64,000 bases of DNA from Candidatus Eiseniibacteriota bacterium (GTDB lineage: Bacteria; Eisenbacteria; RBG-16-71-46; DASYSL01), in the NCBI GenBank assembly GCA_046598045.1, contig JBKJJJ010000174.1, forward strand, positions 1-64,000, in the 5' to 3' direction. Under the pieces are notes generated by a model that saw only the letters and a program-made list of their open reading frames with translations, was not told the DNA's origin and made no database searches. A program made the translations under genes and the position numbers. Shown in pieces: positions 10,628 through 24,201 of the stretch. The stretch's first letter is position 1; each line of letters begins with the position of its first letter.

Positions 10628-12004
10628 ATGGCCGTCGACCCCACCCCGGAATTCTGGAATCGAATCCTCGACGCCTTGCAGCTGCGGCTTCCGTCCCAGC
10701 AGGCGTTCGACACCTGGTTCCAACCCATCCAGCCCCGCCGCATCAGCGACGAGGTGATCGAGCTCGAAGTCCCGAGCCTGTTCTTCGCCGAATGGATCCA
10801 GCAGCACTACCTCGAGGTGCTCGGCGCCAGCGCCGAGGCCGCGCTCGGCGTGATGCCCCGCATCCAGTTCACGGTGCGCCCGGAGCTCGCGCTCGTGCCC
10901 CACCCGGCTTCTGCGCCGGTGCCCGCCCCACCGCGGTCGCCCGGCGCGGCGATCGCCGGACCGGAGACACCGCTCCCCGATAGTGGCCTGAACGGCCGCT
11001 ACACGTTCTCGACCTTCGTCGTCGGCGCCTCGAACCACATGAGTCATGCCGCGTCGCTGGCCGTCGGGGAGAAGCCCGGCGTGCTTTACAACCCGCTCGT
11101 GATCTACGGCGGGGTGGGGCTGGGCAAGACGCACCTCATGCATGCCATCGGTCACCGTATCCGCGAAGACCGCCCCGGGGCCGTGATCTACTACATGTCG
11201 GCCGAGAAGTTCATGAACCAGATGATCGGGGCGATCCAGACCGGATCCACGCTCGCCTTCCGCGAGAAGTATCGCCGCGCCGATCTCCTGCTGATCGACG
11301 ACGTGCAGTTCCTCGCGACCAAGGACGCCACGCAGGAGGAGTTCTTCCACACGTTCAACGCGCTCTACGAGGCCCAGAAGCAGATCGTGCTCACGTCGGA
11401 CAAGCCGCCGCGGGAGATCGAGGGTCTCGAGGAGCGGCTGGTCTCGCGTTTCAACCAGGGCTTGGTCACCGACGTCAAGCCGCCGGAGCTCGAGACCCGC
11501 GTCGCGATCCTCCAGAAGCGCGCGGCCGCGGACCGCTTCTACCTGCCGGGCGAGATCGCGCTCCTGATCGCGAGCCACGTGAAGGGCAACGTGCGCGAGC
11601 TCGAGGGCTGCCTGCTGCGCCTGATCGCCTACACCTCGATCACCCGCCGCTCGGAGCCCACGGTCGAGATGACCGAGGAGATCCTGCGCGAGTTCGTGCA
11701 CGCCGAGTCGCTGGCGATCGAGCCGGATTCGATCGTGCACGTCGTCTCGGGGCACTACGGGATCACCCGGGACCAGCTCAAGGGCAAGCGCCGCACGAAC
11801 TCGGTGGCCCTCCCGCGGCAGGTTGCGATGTTCCTGATGCGCCGCCAGACCACGCTCTCGCTGTCCGAGATCGGGCGCTTCTTCGACCGCGACCACACCA
11901 CGGTGATCCACGCCTGCAGCAAGATCGAGCGCCTGATGGCCGAGGATCGTCCGATGCGCGAGAGCATCGATCGCCTCGCCGAGCACATCCAGGAAGCCCG
12001 CTGA
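10628..12004 (+). CDS. dnaA: Chromosomal replication initiator DnaA
   Basis: YNPLVIYGGVGLGKTHL, LLIDDVQFL, QEEFFHTFN, NVRELEG, RDHTTVIHA. Confidence 0.99.
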   Translation: MAVDPTPEFWNRILDALQLRLPSQQAFDTWFQPIQPRRISDEVIELEVPSLFFAEWIQQHYLEVLGASAEAALGVMPRIQFTVRPELALVPHPASAPVPAPPRSPGAAIAGPETPLPDSGLNGRYTFSTFVVGASNHMSHAASLAVGEKPGVLYNPLVIYGGVGLGKTHLMHAIGHRIREDRPGAVIYYMSAEKFMNQMIGAIQTGSTLAFREKYRRADLLLIDDVQFLATKDATQEEFFHTFNALYEAQKQIVLTSDKPPREIEGLEERLVSRFNQGLVTDVKPPELETRVAILQKRAAADRFYLPGEIALLIASHVKGNVRELEGCLLRLIAYTSITRRSEPTVEMTEEILREFVHAESLAIEPDSIVHVVSGHYGITRDQLKGKRRTNSVALPRQVAMFLMRRQTTLSLSEIGRFFDRDHTTVIHACSKIERLMAEDRPMRESIDRLAEHIQEAR

Positions 12005-12250
12005 GCCGGGGACAAGTCGGGAATATCCCGGGGACGGAATCGGGGGCCCTTGGGGACAAGAAACCCGTCCCCGCGAGGGCTCCCGAACCACCCGGAATCG
12101 AGGGGTGGTTGTCCCCGGGTGTTTCTGCTTCGCAAAGTGATGGGACGCAAGTACTTAGACCGGTATTTCGGGGGTTGTGCACAAATCCACCGCTCCTACT
12201 GTTTCTTTATCTTTTAAGTTCTTGAGAGAAAAGAGAATAACCAGTACTTT
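12005..12250. other. Replication origin oriC (dnaA-dnaN part) with DnaA boxes, DnaA-trios and AT-rich DUE
   Basis: Degenerate boxes at 12007, 12029, 12051, 12065 and 12109; tandem TTGTGCACA-AATCCACC (12175-12191), GCTC spacer, then CTA CTG TTT CTT TAT CTT TTA and AT-rich tract to about 12250. Confidence 0.85.
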
Positions 12251-12384
12251 GACGTGGTCCGGCCGGCTGCCGTCGGCCTAGACTTTGGCGGCCCGATTTC
12301 AGGCCGGTTTGGGGTCTCCCCAACGGGCCTGTTTTGGAGCCCCGCGCGGCCCCCCGAGGCAGCCCCGGGACCAGGAGAAGCCGA

Positions 12385-15949
<3,565 letters not shown>

Positions 15950-15971
15950 CCCGCCCACCGGGAGCCGATCG

Positions 15972-18479
15972 ATGAGCGACCTGAGCCGCCAGAAGTACTC
16001 CGACATCTTCCTCGAAGACGAGATGAAGACGTCGTATCTCAATTACTCGATGTCGGTGATCGTATCGCGCGCGCTCCCCGACATCCGCGACGGGCTCAAG
16101 CCGTCGCAGCGCCGCATCCTGGTCGCGATGAACGATCTCGGCCTGGCGCCCGGGCGGCCCTACCGCAAGTGCGCGAAGATCGCCGGCGACACGTCGGGCA
16201 ATTACCACCCGCACGGCGAGCAGGTCGTCTACCCGACACTCGTGCGCATGGCGCAGGACTTCAACATGCGCTACCCGCTCGTGGACGGGCAGGGAAACTA
16301 CGGCAGTATCGACGGCGACGCCCCGGCCGCGATGCGCTATACCGAGGCCCGGCTCACGCCACTCGCCATGGAGATGCTGAAGGACCTCGAGAAGAACACC
16401 GTCATGTCGCGGCCGAATTACGACGAGACGCTCGAGGAGCCGGTCATCCTGCCGTCGGTCGTGCCCAACCTGCTGATCAACGGCGCCTCGGGCATCGCCG
16501 TCGGCATGGCCACCGAGATCCCGCCGCATAACCTGACCGAGGTTTGCGACGCGCTTGCGCTCCTGATCGAGAAGCCCGAGTGCACGCTCGACGAGATCAT
16601 GAAACACGTCAAGGGACCGGACTTCCCGACCGGCGCGATGATCTACGGCTTCAAGGGCATCCGCGACTGCTACGAGACCGGCCGCGGGCTGATCCGCGTG
16701 CGCGCCAAGGCGAGCGCCGAGGAGAGCCGCAACGGCAAGATGGCGCTGGTCGTGACCGAGATTCCCTACCAGGTCAACAAGACGAACCTGCTCGAGAAGA
16801 TCGCGGACCTGGTCAAGGACGGGAAGGTCACCGGCATCTCGGACCTGCGCGACGAGTCCGATCGCGACGGCATGCGCATCGTGATCGAACTCAAGAAGGA
16901 CGCGCAGCCCAAGGTCGTGCTCAACCAGCTCTACGTGCACACGCAGCTGCAGGCCACGTTCGGCGCGATCATGCTCTCGCTGGTCGACGGCCGCCCGCAG
17001 ACGCTGCCGCTCAAGCTGATGCTCGAGGAGTACGTCGCGCACCGCAAGATCGTGGTGCGCCGCCGCACCGAGTTCGAGCTCGCCGAGGCCGAGAAGCGCG
17101 CACACATCCTCGAGGGGCTCAAGATCGCGCTCGACCACCTCGACGAGGTGATCGCGCTCATCCGCAAGTCGCCCGACACCGACGCCGCGCGCACGGGCCT
17201 GATGAAGACGTTCGGCCTGTCCGAGATCCAGTCCAACGCGATCCTCGACATGCGGCTCGGCCGCCTGGTTGCGCTCGAGCGCGAGAAGATCGAGCAGGAG
17301 TACCTCGAGGTCATCAAGCTGATCGAGCGCCTCAAGGGCATCCTCGCCAGCGCGAAGAAGATCCTCGCGATCATCCTCGAGGAGGTCCTCGAGCTGAAGA
17401 AGAAGTACGGCGACGAGCGGCGCACGCAGATCGTGCCCGAAGAGGGCGAGATCTCGCTCGAGGACCTGATCAAGGACGAGGACATGGTCGTCACCATCAG
17501 CCACGCCGGCTACATCAAGCGCAACCCGGTCTCGTTGTTCCGGGCGCAGCGCCGCGGCGGCAAGGGCCTGATCGGCGCCAAGACCAAGGAAGAGGACTTC
17601 GTCGAGCACCTGTTCGTGGCCTCGACCCACGCCTACCTCCTGTTCCTCACCGATCGCGGGCGTTGCTACTGGCTCAAGGTGCACGAGATCGACCAGGCCG
17701 GCCGCGCGGCGAAGGGCCGCCCGGTCGTGAACCTGATCGAGATGAACCGCGAGGAGCGCGTGACCACGGTCGTGCCGGTCAAGGTGTTCGACGACCAGCA
17801 CTACCTCGTCATGGCGACGCGCATGGGCGTGATCAAGAAGACGCTGCTCTCGGCCTACGGCAACCCGCGGCGGGCCGGCATCAACGCCATCGACCTCGAC
17901 GAGGGCGACGAGATGATCGAGGCCGCGATCACCGACGGCACGCAGGACTTGATCCTCGCGAAGCGCCAGGGCAAGGCGATCCGCTTCCACGAGCAGGAAG
18001 TGCGCGCCATGGGCCGCACGGCGCGGGGCGTCAAGGCGGCCTCGCTCGAGGGCGGTGACGCCGTGGTGTCGATGGTCACCGTGCGGCGCGACGCCACGCT
18101 GCTCTCGATCACCGAGAACGGCTACGGCAAGTGCTCGCCGGTCGAGGAGTACCGGGTCAGCCACCGCGGTGGGTTGGGCATCATCACGATCAAGACCACC
18201 GAGCGCAACGGGCAGGTCGTGGCGGTCAAGGAGGTCGTCGACTCCGACCAGCTCATGATCATGACCTCGGGCGGCCAGGTGATCCGCGTGCCGGTCAAGG
18301 GCATCTCGGTGCTCGGCCGCAACACCCAGGGCGTGCGCTTGATCCAGCTCGACGAGGGCGACAAGGTGACGGACGTCGCCCGCGTGGTGCCGGAGGACGA
18401 GGCGGCGGTCGGCGGGGACGCCGATGCCGACCTCGGCGACATCGAGGAAAGCGGGGAAGAAGCCGGACCCGACGCCTAG
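15972..18479 (+). CDS. gyrA: DNA gyrase subunit A
   Basis: [24 protein letters not shown], GyrA-box QRRGGKG, acidic tail. Confidence 0.98.
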   Translation: MSDLSRQKYSDIFLEDEMKTSYLNYSMSVIVSRALPDIRDGLKPSQRRILVAMNDLGLAPGRPYRKCAKIAGDTSGNYHPHGEQVVYPTLVRMAQDFNMRYPLVDGQGNYGSIDGDAPAAMRYTEARLTPLAMEMLKDLEKNTVMSRPNYDETLEEPVILPSVVPNLLINGASGIAVGMATEIPPHNLTEVCDALALLIEKPECTLDEIMKHVKGPDFPTGAMIYGFKGIRDCYETGRGLIRVRAKASAEESRNGKMALVVTEIPYQVNKTNLLEKIADLVKDGKVTGISDLRDESDRDGMRIVIELKKDAQPKVVLNQLYVHTQLQATFGAIMLSLVDGRPQTLPLKLMLEEYVAHRKIVVRRRTEFELAEAEKRAHILEGLKIALDHLDEVIALIRKSPDTDAARTGLMKTFGLSEIQSNAILDMRLGRLVALEREKIEQEYLEVIKLIERLKGILASAKKILAIILEEVLELKKKYGDERRTQIVPEEGEISLEDLIKDEDMVVTISHAGYIKRNPVSLFRAQRRGGKGLIGAKTKEEDFVEHLFVASTHAYLLFLTDRGRCYWLKVHEIDQAGRAAKGRPVVNLIEMNREERVTTVVPVKVFDDQHYLVMATRMGVIKKTLLSAYGNPRRAGINAIDLDEGDEMIEAAITDGTQDLILAKRQGKAIRFHEQEVRAMGRTARGVKAASLEGGDAVVSMVTVRRDATLLSITENGYGKCSPVEEYRVSHRGGLGIITIKTTERNGQVVAVKEVVDSDQLMIMTSGGQVIRVPVKGISVLGRNTQGVRLIQLDEGDKVTDVARVVPEDEAAVGGDADADLGDIEESGEEAGPDA

Positions 18480-18537
18480 ACGGTCCGGCGCGAACTCGGC
18501 GCGGGCGCTTGCGCTCGCGCCGAACTTCCGCCGGACT

Positions 18538-18561
18538 TTGTGAAAGTTCTCACTCTCACAA
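18538..18561. promoter_or_regulatory. Putative Rex operator upstream of rex
   Basis: TTGTGAAAGTTCTCACTCTCACAA resembles Rex consensus TTGTGAA-N4-TTCACAA (left half perfect). Confidence 0.6.
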
Positions 18562-18567
18562 GCCCCC

Positions 18568-19233
18568 ATGATGGACCACATCAGCGACTCCACCGTACGG
18601 CGCCTCTCGAACTACCTGCGCGTGCTCGACGAACTCGAGCGCGATCGGGAAGACATGGTGTCGTCGCAGGGTCTCGCCGCCAAGAGCGGCGTCACCCCCG
18701 CCCAGGTGCGCAAGGACCTGTCCTATTTCGGGTCGTTCGGCCGCCGCGGCCTCGGGTACAGCGTGGCGCCACTCAAGGTCGAGATCCGCGCGATCCTCGG
18801 GCTCAACAAGCGCTGGTGCGTCGCGCTCGTGGGCGCGGGCAATATCGGCGCGGCGCTGTTCTCCTACAAGGAGTTCGCGCGCCAGGGTTTCGACATCGTC
18901 GCCGTGTTCGACAGCGCGCCCGACCGCGTCGGGGAGGCGTTGGGCGACCTCAAGATCGAGGCCATGGCCGACTTCGAGACCGTGTGCCGCGAGCGCGGCA
19001 TCGAGATCGGCGTGATCGCGACCCCGGCGCAGCACTCCCAGGAGATCGCCGACGCGATGGTGCGCGTGGGCCTGCGCGGCATCCTGAACTTTGCTCCGCG
19101 CAAGCTGTTCCTGCCCAACACCGTCGCGCTGCGCACGGTCAACATGGCGATCGAGCTCGAGAGCCTCTCCTTCGCGCTGGCGCAGAACGAGCCCGGCAGG
19201 AAGCCGGGCCGGCGCCTGCCCTTCGGGGAGTAG
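18568..19233 (+). CDS. rex: Redox-sensing transcriptional repressor Rex
   Basis: STVRRLSNYLR, AQVRKDLSYFGSFGRRGLGY, VGAGNIG Rossmann motif, GILNFAP. Confidence 0.96.
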   Translation: MMDHISDSTVRRLSNYLRVLDELERDREDMVSSQGLAAKSGVTPAQVRKDLSYFGSFGRRGLGYSVAPLKVEIRAILGLNKRWCVALVGAGNIGAALFSYKEFARQGFDIVAVFDSAPDRVGEALGDLKIEAMADFETVCRERGIEIGVIATPAQHSQEIADAMVRVGLRGILNFAPRKLFLPNTVALRTVNMAIELESLSFALAQNEPGRKPGRRLPFGE

Positions 19234-19248
19234 CGCACTGGCCGCGCG

Positions 19249-20151
19249 ATGACCGACCTCGCGCTCGTCTTCACCACGCTGATCTGGGGCTCGACCTTCG
19301 TCACGGTCAAGGACGCGCTCGCGAGCATCTCGCCGATCCGCTTCCTCGTGCTGCGTTTCGCCTGCGCCGCGGTCGTGCTGTTCGTGGTCGCGCTCGTCTC
19401 CCGCACCCGCTTCGAGCGCGCGACCTGGCGCGCCGGCGCGCTCGCGTCGATCCCGTTCATCCTCTCGTTCGTCACCCAGACCTTCGGCCTCGTGTGGGCC
19501 TCGCCGGCGACCTCGGCGTTCCTCACCGGCTTCTCGGTCGTGCTCGTGCCCGTGTTCAGCGTCGTGCTGCTGCGCCGCCGCGTCGGCGCGTGGACGTGGG
19601 TGGGCGTGCTCGCCGCGTTCGTCGGGCTGGGCGCGCTCTCCCTGCGCGGCAATTGGACGATCGGCACCGGCGAGCTGTGGACGATCGGCACGGCGATCGC
19701 GGTCGCACTGCACGTGCTCGTGCTCGAGCGCGTCGCGCCCGGCAAGCCGGCGGTCGCGCTCACGGTGGTCCAGGTGCTGGGCTGCACGGTATGGGCGCTG
19801 CTGTTCCTGCCGCTCGACGGTCTCGTGCTCGGACGCGGCGCCGCACATGGCGGGTGGTTCGACCCCATGCCCCGGAGCGCGCTCCTCGCCGTGCTCTATA
19901 TGGGCTGCTTCGCGACCGCGGTCACATTCTTCCTCCAGACCTGGGCGCAGGGCCGCATGTCGGCGGTGCGGGTCGGCGTGCTGTTCACGCTCGAGCCGGT
20001 GTTCGCGCTCCTGTTCTCGGTCGGCCTCGGGCGCGAGCACTTCACCGCGCGGTCGATGGCCGGCATGGCGCTGATCCTGGCGGGCATGGTGCTGGTCGAG
20101 ACGCTCGGCCGCCGGGAACCGGCGCCGGCCCGCCGGCATGGTGGATCGTGA
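19249..20151 (+). CDS. DMT/EamA family transporter
   Basis: IWGSTFV, LRF, LEPVFA, about ten TM helices. Confidence 0.9.
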   Translation: MTDLALVFTTLIWGSTFVTVKDALASISPIRFLVLRFACAAVVLFVVALVSRTRFERATWRAGALASIPFILSFVTQTFGLVWASPATSAFLTGFSVVLVPVFSVVLLRRRVGAWTWVGVLAAFVGLGALSLRGNWTIGTGELWTIGTAIAVALHVLVLERVAPGKPAVALTVVQVLGCTVWALLFLPLDGLVLGRGAAHGGWFDPMPRSALLAVLYMGCFATAVTFFLQTWAQGRMSAVRVGVLFTLEPVFALLFSVGLGREHFTARSMAGMALILAGMVLVETLGRREPAPARRHGGS

Positions 20152-20188
20152 GCGGGGGCATGGGGCCCCCGCACGGGAGACACCGATC

Positions 20189-21508
20189 GTGAAAGCAGCC
20201 GCGAAACCCGACGAAACCGCCGGCGAGATGCCCGGCGTCCACTCGGCCAACTTCCGCTTTCCGATGGGGTTCCTCTGGGGGTCGGCGACCGCTTCGCAGC
20301 AGGTCGAGGGCGGGATCACCAACAACGACTGGTCCGACTGGGAAACCGCCGGCCGCGTCGCCGAGGCGTCGGGCGCGGCGGCGGAGCACTTTCGCCGCTA
20401 CGAGACGGACTTCGACCACGCCCGCCAGCTCGGCCACACCGCCTACCGGTTCTCGCTCGAGTGGAGCCGCATCGAGCCCCAGGAGGGCATCTTCGACCCC
20501 GAGGCGATCGCTCACTACCGGCGCATGCTCGAGGCGCTGCACGCGCGCGGGATCACGCCCGTGGTGACGATCCTCCACTACACGCTGCCGCGCTGGGCTG
20601 CCGCGCAGGGCGGCTGGGAGAACCCGGAGATCGAGGACTGGTTCGAGCGCTATGCCGCGCGCGTCGCGGCCGAGTACAAGGATCTCGTGCGCTGGTGGGT
20701 CACGCTGAACGAGCCGGTCGTCCAGGTATATAAGGGCTGGATGCTCGGGCAGTGGCCGCCGGGAAAGATGAACGACTTCGTGAACGGGCTCCAGGTGTTT
20801 CGCAGGATGCTGCGCGCGCACGTGAAGGCCTATCACGCGATCCACGCGCAGCGCGGCGATGCGATGGTGTCGGTCGCGAAGCATGCGCTGATCTTCACGC
20901 CTTGCAACCCCAGGCGCTTCCTGGACCGGGTTTCGGCGAAGCTCCGGCACTACCTGTTCAACAACCTGTTCCTCGACGCGCTGCACCAGGGCGTGCTCCG
21001 TGTGCCCGGCCTGTTCTGGGAGCGCCTGCCGTCGGGCCGCACGCTCGATTACATCGGAGTCAACTACTACACACGCGACTTCGTGCTCAACACGGGGCTC
21101 AACTTCGCGGGGCTGCTCGGCTACGTGTGCACGCTCGAGCACCACTCGCACATCGGCAAGCGTAATGCAATCGGCTGGGAGATGTACCCCGAGGGCCTGG
21201 CGCGCACCCTCGCCGAGGACCGCAAGTATGGCCTGCCGATCCTGATCACCGAGAATGGCACCGCGGTCGACGACGACGAGGACCGCTGGACGTTCCTGCT
21301 GCTGCATCTTTGGCAGGTCGCGCGTGCGATCGACGAGGGTGCGCCCGTCGTGGGCTACCTGTACTGGTCGCTGCTCGACAACTACGAGTGGGCCGACGGG
21401 TTTCGCCCCCGCTTCGGGCTGCTCGGCGTCGACTACGCAACGCAGGAGCGCACCGTGCGGCCGAGCGCACTCAAGCTCAAGGCGCTGATCGACCGCGGGG
21501 AGATCTGA
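20189..21508 (+). CDS. Glycoside hydrolase family 1 (beta-glucosidase-like)
   Basis: FLWGSATASQQVEG, YRFSLEWSRIEP, TLNEP and ITENG catalytic motifs, WSLLDNYEW. Confidence 0.95.
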   Translation: MKAAAKPDETAGEMPGVHSANFRFPMGFLWGSATASQQVEGGITNNDWSDWETAGRVAEASGAAAEHFRRYETDFDHARQLGHTAYRFSLEWSRIEPQEGIFDPEAIAHYRRMLEALHARGITPVVTILHYTLPRWAAAQGGWENPEIEDWFERYAARVAAEYKDLVRWWVTLNEPVVQVYKGWMLGQWPPGKMNDFVNGLQVFRRMLRAHVKAYHAIHAQRGDAMVSVAKHALIFTPCNPRRFLDRVSAKLRHYLFNNLFLDALHQGVLRVPGLFWERLPSGRTLDYIGVNYYTRDFVLNTGLNFAGLLGYVCTLEHHSHIGKRNAIGWEMYPEGLARTLAEDRKYGLPILITENGTAVDDDEDRWTFLLLHLWQVARAIDEGAPVVGYLYWSLLDNYEWADGFRPRFGLLGVDYATQERTVRPSALKLKALIDRGEI

Positions 21509-21597
21509 GGGCGGGCCTTGCGAGCGCCGCGCGGGTGCCGCAGAATGGCGGTGCTCCCACCCCGCAATCGACGCCCCCTCACAGGAGAACGCCGCTC

Positions 21598-22059
21598 ATG
21601 GCCGTCGCCGTCGGCAAGAAGGCCCCGGAGTTCACGCTCCCGGGCTCGCAGGGAGAAAATGTTTCGCTCAAGGGCCTCAAGGGCAGGACCGTCGTCCTCT
21701 ACTTCTATCCCAAGGACGACACGCCCGGCTGCACGAAGGAGGCCTGCGACTTCCGGGACTCGGTGAAGAAGTTCACGAGCAAGCAGGCGGTCGTGCTGGG
21801 CGTCAGCCCGGACTCGCTCAAGGCCCACGACAAGTTCGCAGGCAAGTTCGAGCTGCCATTCGCGCTGCTCTCCGACGCGGACCACGCGGTCGCGGAGAAG
21901 TACGGCGTGTGGGTCGAGAAGTCGATGTACGGCCGCAAGTACATGGGGATCGAGCGCTCGACGTTCGTGATCGACCCCGAGGGCAAGCTCAAGGCGGAGT
22001 TCCGCAAGGTCAAGGTCGACGGCCACGTCGACGAGGTGCTCGCCGCCGTCAAGGCCTAG
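21598..22059 (+). CDS. bcp: Peroxiredoxin BCP/PrxQ
   Basis: YFYPKDDTPGCTKEACDFRD, MYGRKYMGIERSTF; ATG after AGGAG. Confidence 0.95.
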   Translation: MAVAVGKKAPEFTLPGSQGENVSLKGLKGRTVVLYFYPKDDTPGCTKEACDFRDSVKKFTSKQAVVLGVSPDSLKAHDKFAGKFELPFALLSDADHAVAEKYGVWVEKSMYGRKYMGIERSTFVIDPEGKLKAEFRKVKVDGHVDEVLAAVKA

Positions 22060-22778
22060 CGCGACAGGGCGCGCTCGATCGCTGGCGGCGTGAGCCGCGG
22101 CTGACCGAGCATCAGGAACGCGTACGCCGCGTCGAGGTCCTTGAGCTTGATCGCAATCCGGTGCCGGCCCGGCGCGAGGGGAATCGTGACCAGCGTCGGG
22201 TTGGACACCGGGAGCGGCCGCTGGCTCGGGACATAGAAGTTCCCGCCGGGCGTGAACATGAGCTTCGACTTCTGCTCGGGGCCGTCGTCCACCTTGACCA
22301 CGAGCGACGTGAGCCCGTACGGCCAGGGCATGATCTTCCCGAACCACGGCACCATGAGCATGATCGCAAGGTGGCTCTGGCCGTCGAGCCCGTCCACCGT
22401 GAGGTGCACGGCCTGGTCGTCGACCACGACCGGATACGGGCGCACCGGCAGGTCCTGCCGGAGCGCGCCCACGTAGGCCGACAGCGACTCCTCGGTCTTG
22501 AGTTCGTGATAGAGCAACGCCAACGGCAGCGTCGAGTCGGGGACCGAGGGCTCGTAGCGGAGGTCGAGCGAGCGCGTCACGCCTTTGGGCGTGGGCATGG
22601 CGTGGTCCATCGGCGCGGTGCGCAACGTGTCGTAGGCCTCGACCGGGGCGGGCGCCGAGACCGGGCGGCTGCCGGGCGTCCACGGCTTGGGCTTGGGCTC
22701 CTGCGCGCGGGCGGGCACGGCGAGGGCCATGGCGCCTGCCATGGCCAGGGCGAGGATGAACGGCCGAGGCTTGGTCAT
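22056..22778 (-). CDS. Secreted hypothetical protein
   Basis: Signal peptide ending ARA-Q; genome-typical codon usage. Confidence 0.7.
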   Translation of the reverse strand: MTKPRPFILALAMAGAMALAVPARAQEPKPKPWTPGSRPVSAPAPVEAYDTLRTAPMDHAMPTPKGVTRSLDLRYEPSVPDSTLPLALLYHELKTEESLSAYVGALRQDLPVRPYPVVVDDQAVHLTVDGLDGQSHLAIMLMVPWFGKIMPWPYGLTSLVVKVDDGPEQKSKLMFTPGGNFYVPSQRPLPVSNPTLVTIPLAPGRHRIAIKLKDLDAAYAFLMLGQPRLTPPAIERALSR

Positions 22779-22800
22779 GCCCCAAGCCTACCGCGCCGAC

Positions 22801-24201
22801 TCAGGGCCACGCAATCGAGGCGTACGAAACCACCGACCCCGATTCCTCGACCGACTGCTCGTACGCCAGCAGCCGCCCCGGTCCCGGCTGGGCGACCCGC
22901 AGCATCATGTACATGGGCGCGAAGCCGCAGATGCGGGTGGCGTCCCCCTGCGCGGCAATCGCGTCGAACCACGCCTCGGCGTCGCCTGCGAGGGCGGCCG
23001 CGATCGCGGCGCCGTCGACCTTCCCGACCGAGGCCAGCGTCTCCTGGTCCATGTCCATCGCGTCGCCGAAGCGCGCCCCGACGTGCGACAGGTCCACGCC
23101 CGCGACGAAGGACACGCGCTGCCCGGCGGCCGCCAGGCGATCGACCTCGGCGCGCAACGCGGCGACGAGCGCCTCGACGCGGGGCTCCTCGGCCGGCCTC
23201 TTCTCGTAGCGCACGAGGCCGCCGAACCCGCCCGCGAGGATCGGCACGATGCGGAACGGATGGTCGCCGAAGCGCCGCTTGAGCTCGAGCGCCTGGAACT
23301 CGATCGAGTGCTCGTCGCGGTGCGCCAGCTCTTCGCGCATGAGCGAGGGGCCGCAGGCCTTCTCCAGCGCGGAGACGACATCGGCGTCGGTCGGGACGAG
23401 CCCGAGCGGCGTCTCGAACGGCTTCGCGGTCACCGCGAACGGCTCCTCGACCATGAGATGCCCGGTCCCGAACACGAACACGACGTCGGGCAGGGCGGCC
23501 TCGGGCACGCCCTCGAACTCGAGATAGGCGCGCGCCACGACCGGCCCGCCGCGTCGCAGGTCGATGTGCGGCGCGGCCAGTGCGCGCGGCACGCTGCCCG
23601 GTGGCGCGGCCGCGGTGGATTCGACGCCGGGCGCGAGCGAGGCGCCGGTCTTCCAGGCACGCGCGGTCTCCTCGTGCGCGGCGAGGAAGGTCTCGAGCTC
23701 GGCGCGGTCCTCCGGATACGACAGGCCGGCGAGCGCGGCCGCGCGCGCGGGCAGGGCACGATAGGCCTCGCGCACGACCTCGAGCGCCGCCTCGTAGCGC
23801 GGCGACTCGAGGAACAGGCGACGGTCGAGCTCCTCGACCAGCTTGTGGATGCTGTCGCCGGCGCGCGGGTCGCCGGTCTCGCGCGTGACGAGGTCGATCA
23901 GGTCCTCGAGCGCGACCGAGCCGTCGAGCATGAGGAGCACCGGCATCGCCTCGGCGGCGATCGCCAGCGCTTGCGGCGCGACGCCCGAGGGATCGGAAAG
24001 CACGACCAGCGCACGGCCGCCCTCGTTCGCCTCCTGCAGCTCGACCGCGCGCAGGCGCGGGTGGGTCGGCAGGCGCTCCTCCGGCGGCACGTCCTCCGCG
24101 GGCGCGCTGAACAGCGGCCGTCCGTCGGGCCCGACCAGGCCCCCCGGTTTGCCGCCGCCCGGGAGGATGATGCGCGACGGCTCGCGCGACTCGTCGCTCA
24201 C
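22801..24201 (-). CDS. MEMO1-family (AmmeMemoRadiSam protein B) with N-terminal extension
   Basis: AGLSYP, APHID, GTGH, FETPLG, HRDEHSIEFQ, DLSHVG, RICGFAP; GTG overlaps upstream stop. Confidence 0.88.
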   Translation of the reverse strand: MSDESREPSRIILPGGGKPGGLVGPDGRPLFSAPAEDVPPEERLPTHPRLRAVELQEANEGGRALVVLSDPSGVAPQALAIAAEAMPVLLMLDGSVALEDLIDLVTRETGDPRAGDSIHKLVEELDRRLFLESPRYEAALEVVREAYRALPARAAALAGLSYPEDRAELETFLAAHEETARAWKTGASLAPGVESTAAAPPGSVPRALAAPHIDLRRGGPVVARAYLEFEGVPEAALPDVVFVFGTGHLMVEEPFAVTAKPFETPLGLVPTDADVVSALEKACGPSLMREELAHRDEHSIEFQALELKRRFGDHPFRIVPILAGGFGGLVRYEKRPAEEPRVEALVAALRAEVDRLAAAGQRVSFVAGVDLSHVGARFGDAMDMDQETLASVGKVDGAAIAAALAGDAEAWFDAIAAQGDATRICGFAPMYMMLRVAQPGPGRLLAYEQSVEESGSVVSYASIAWP

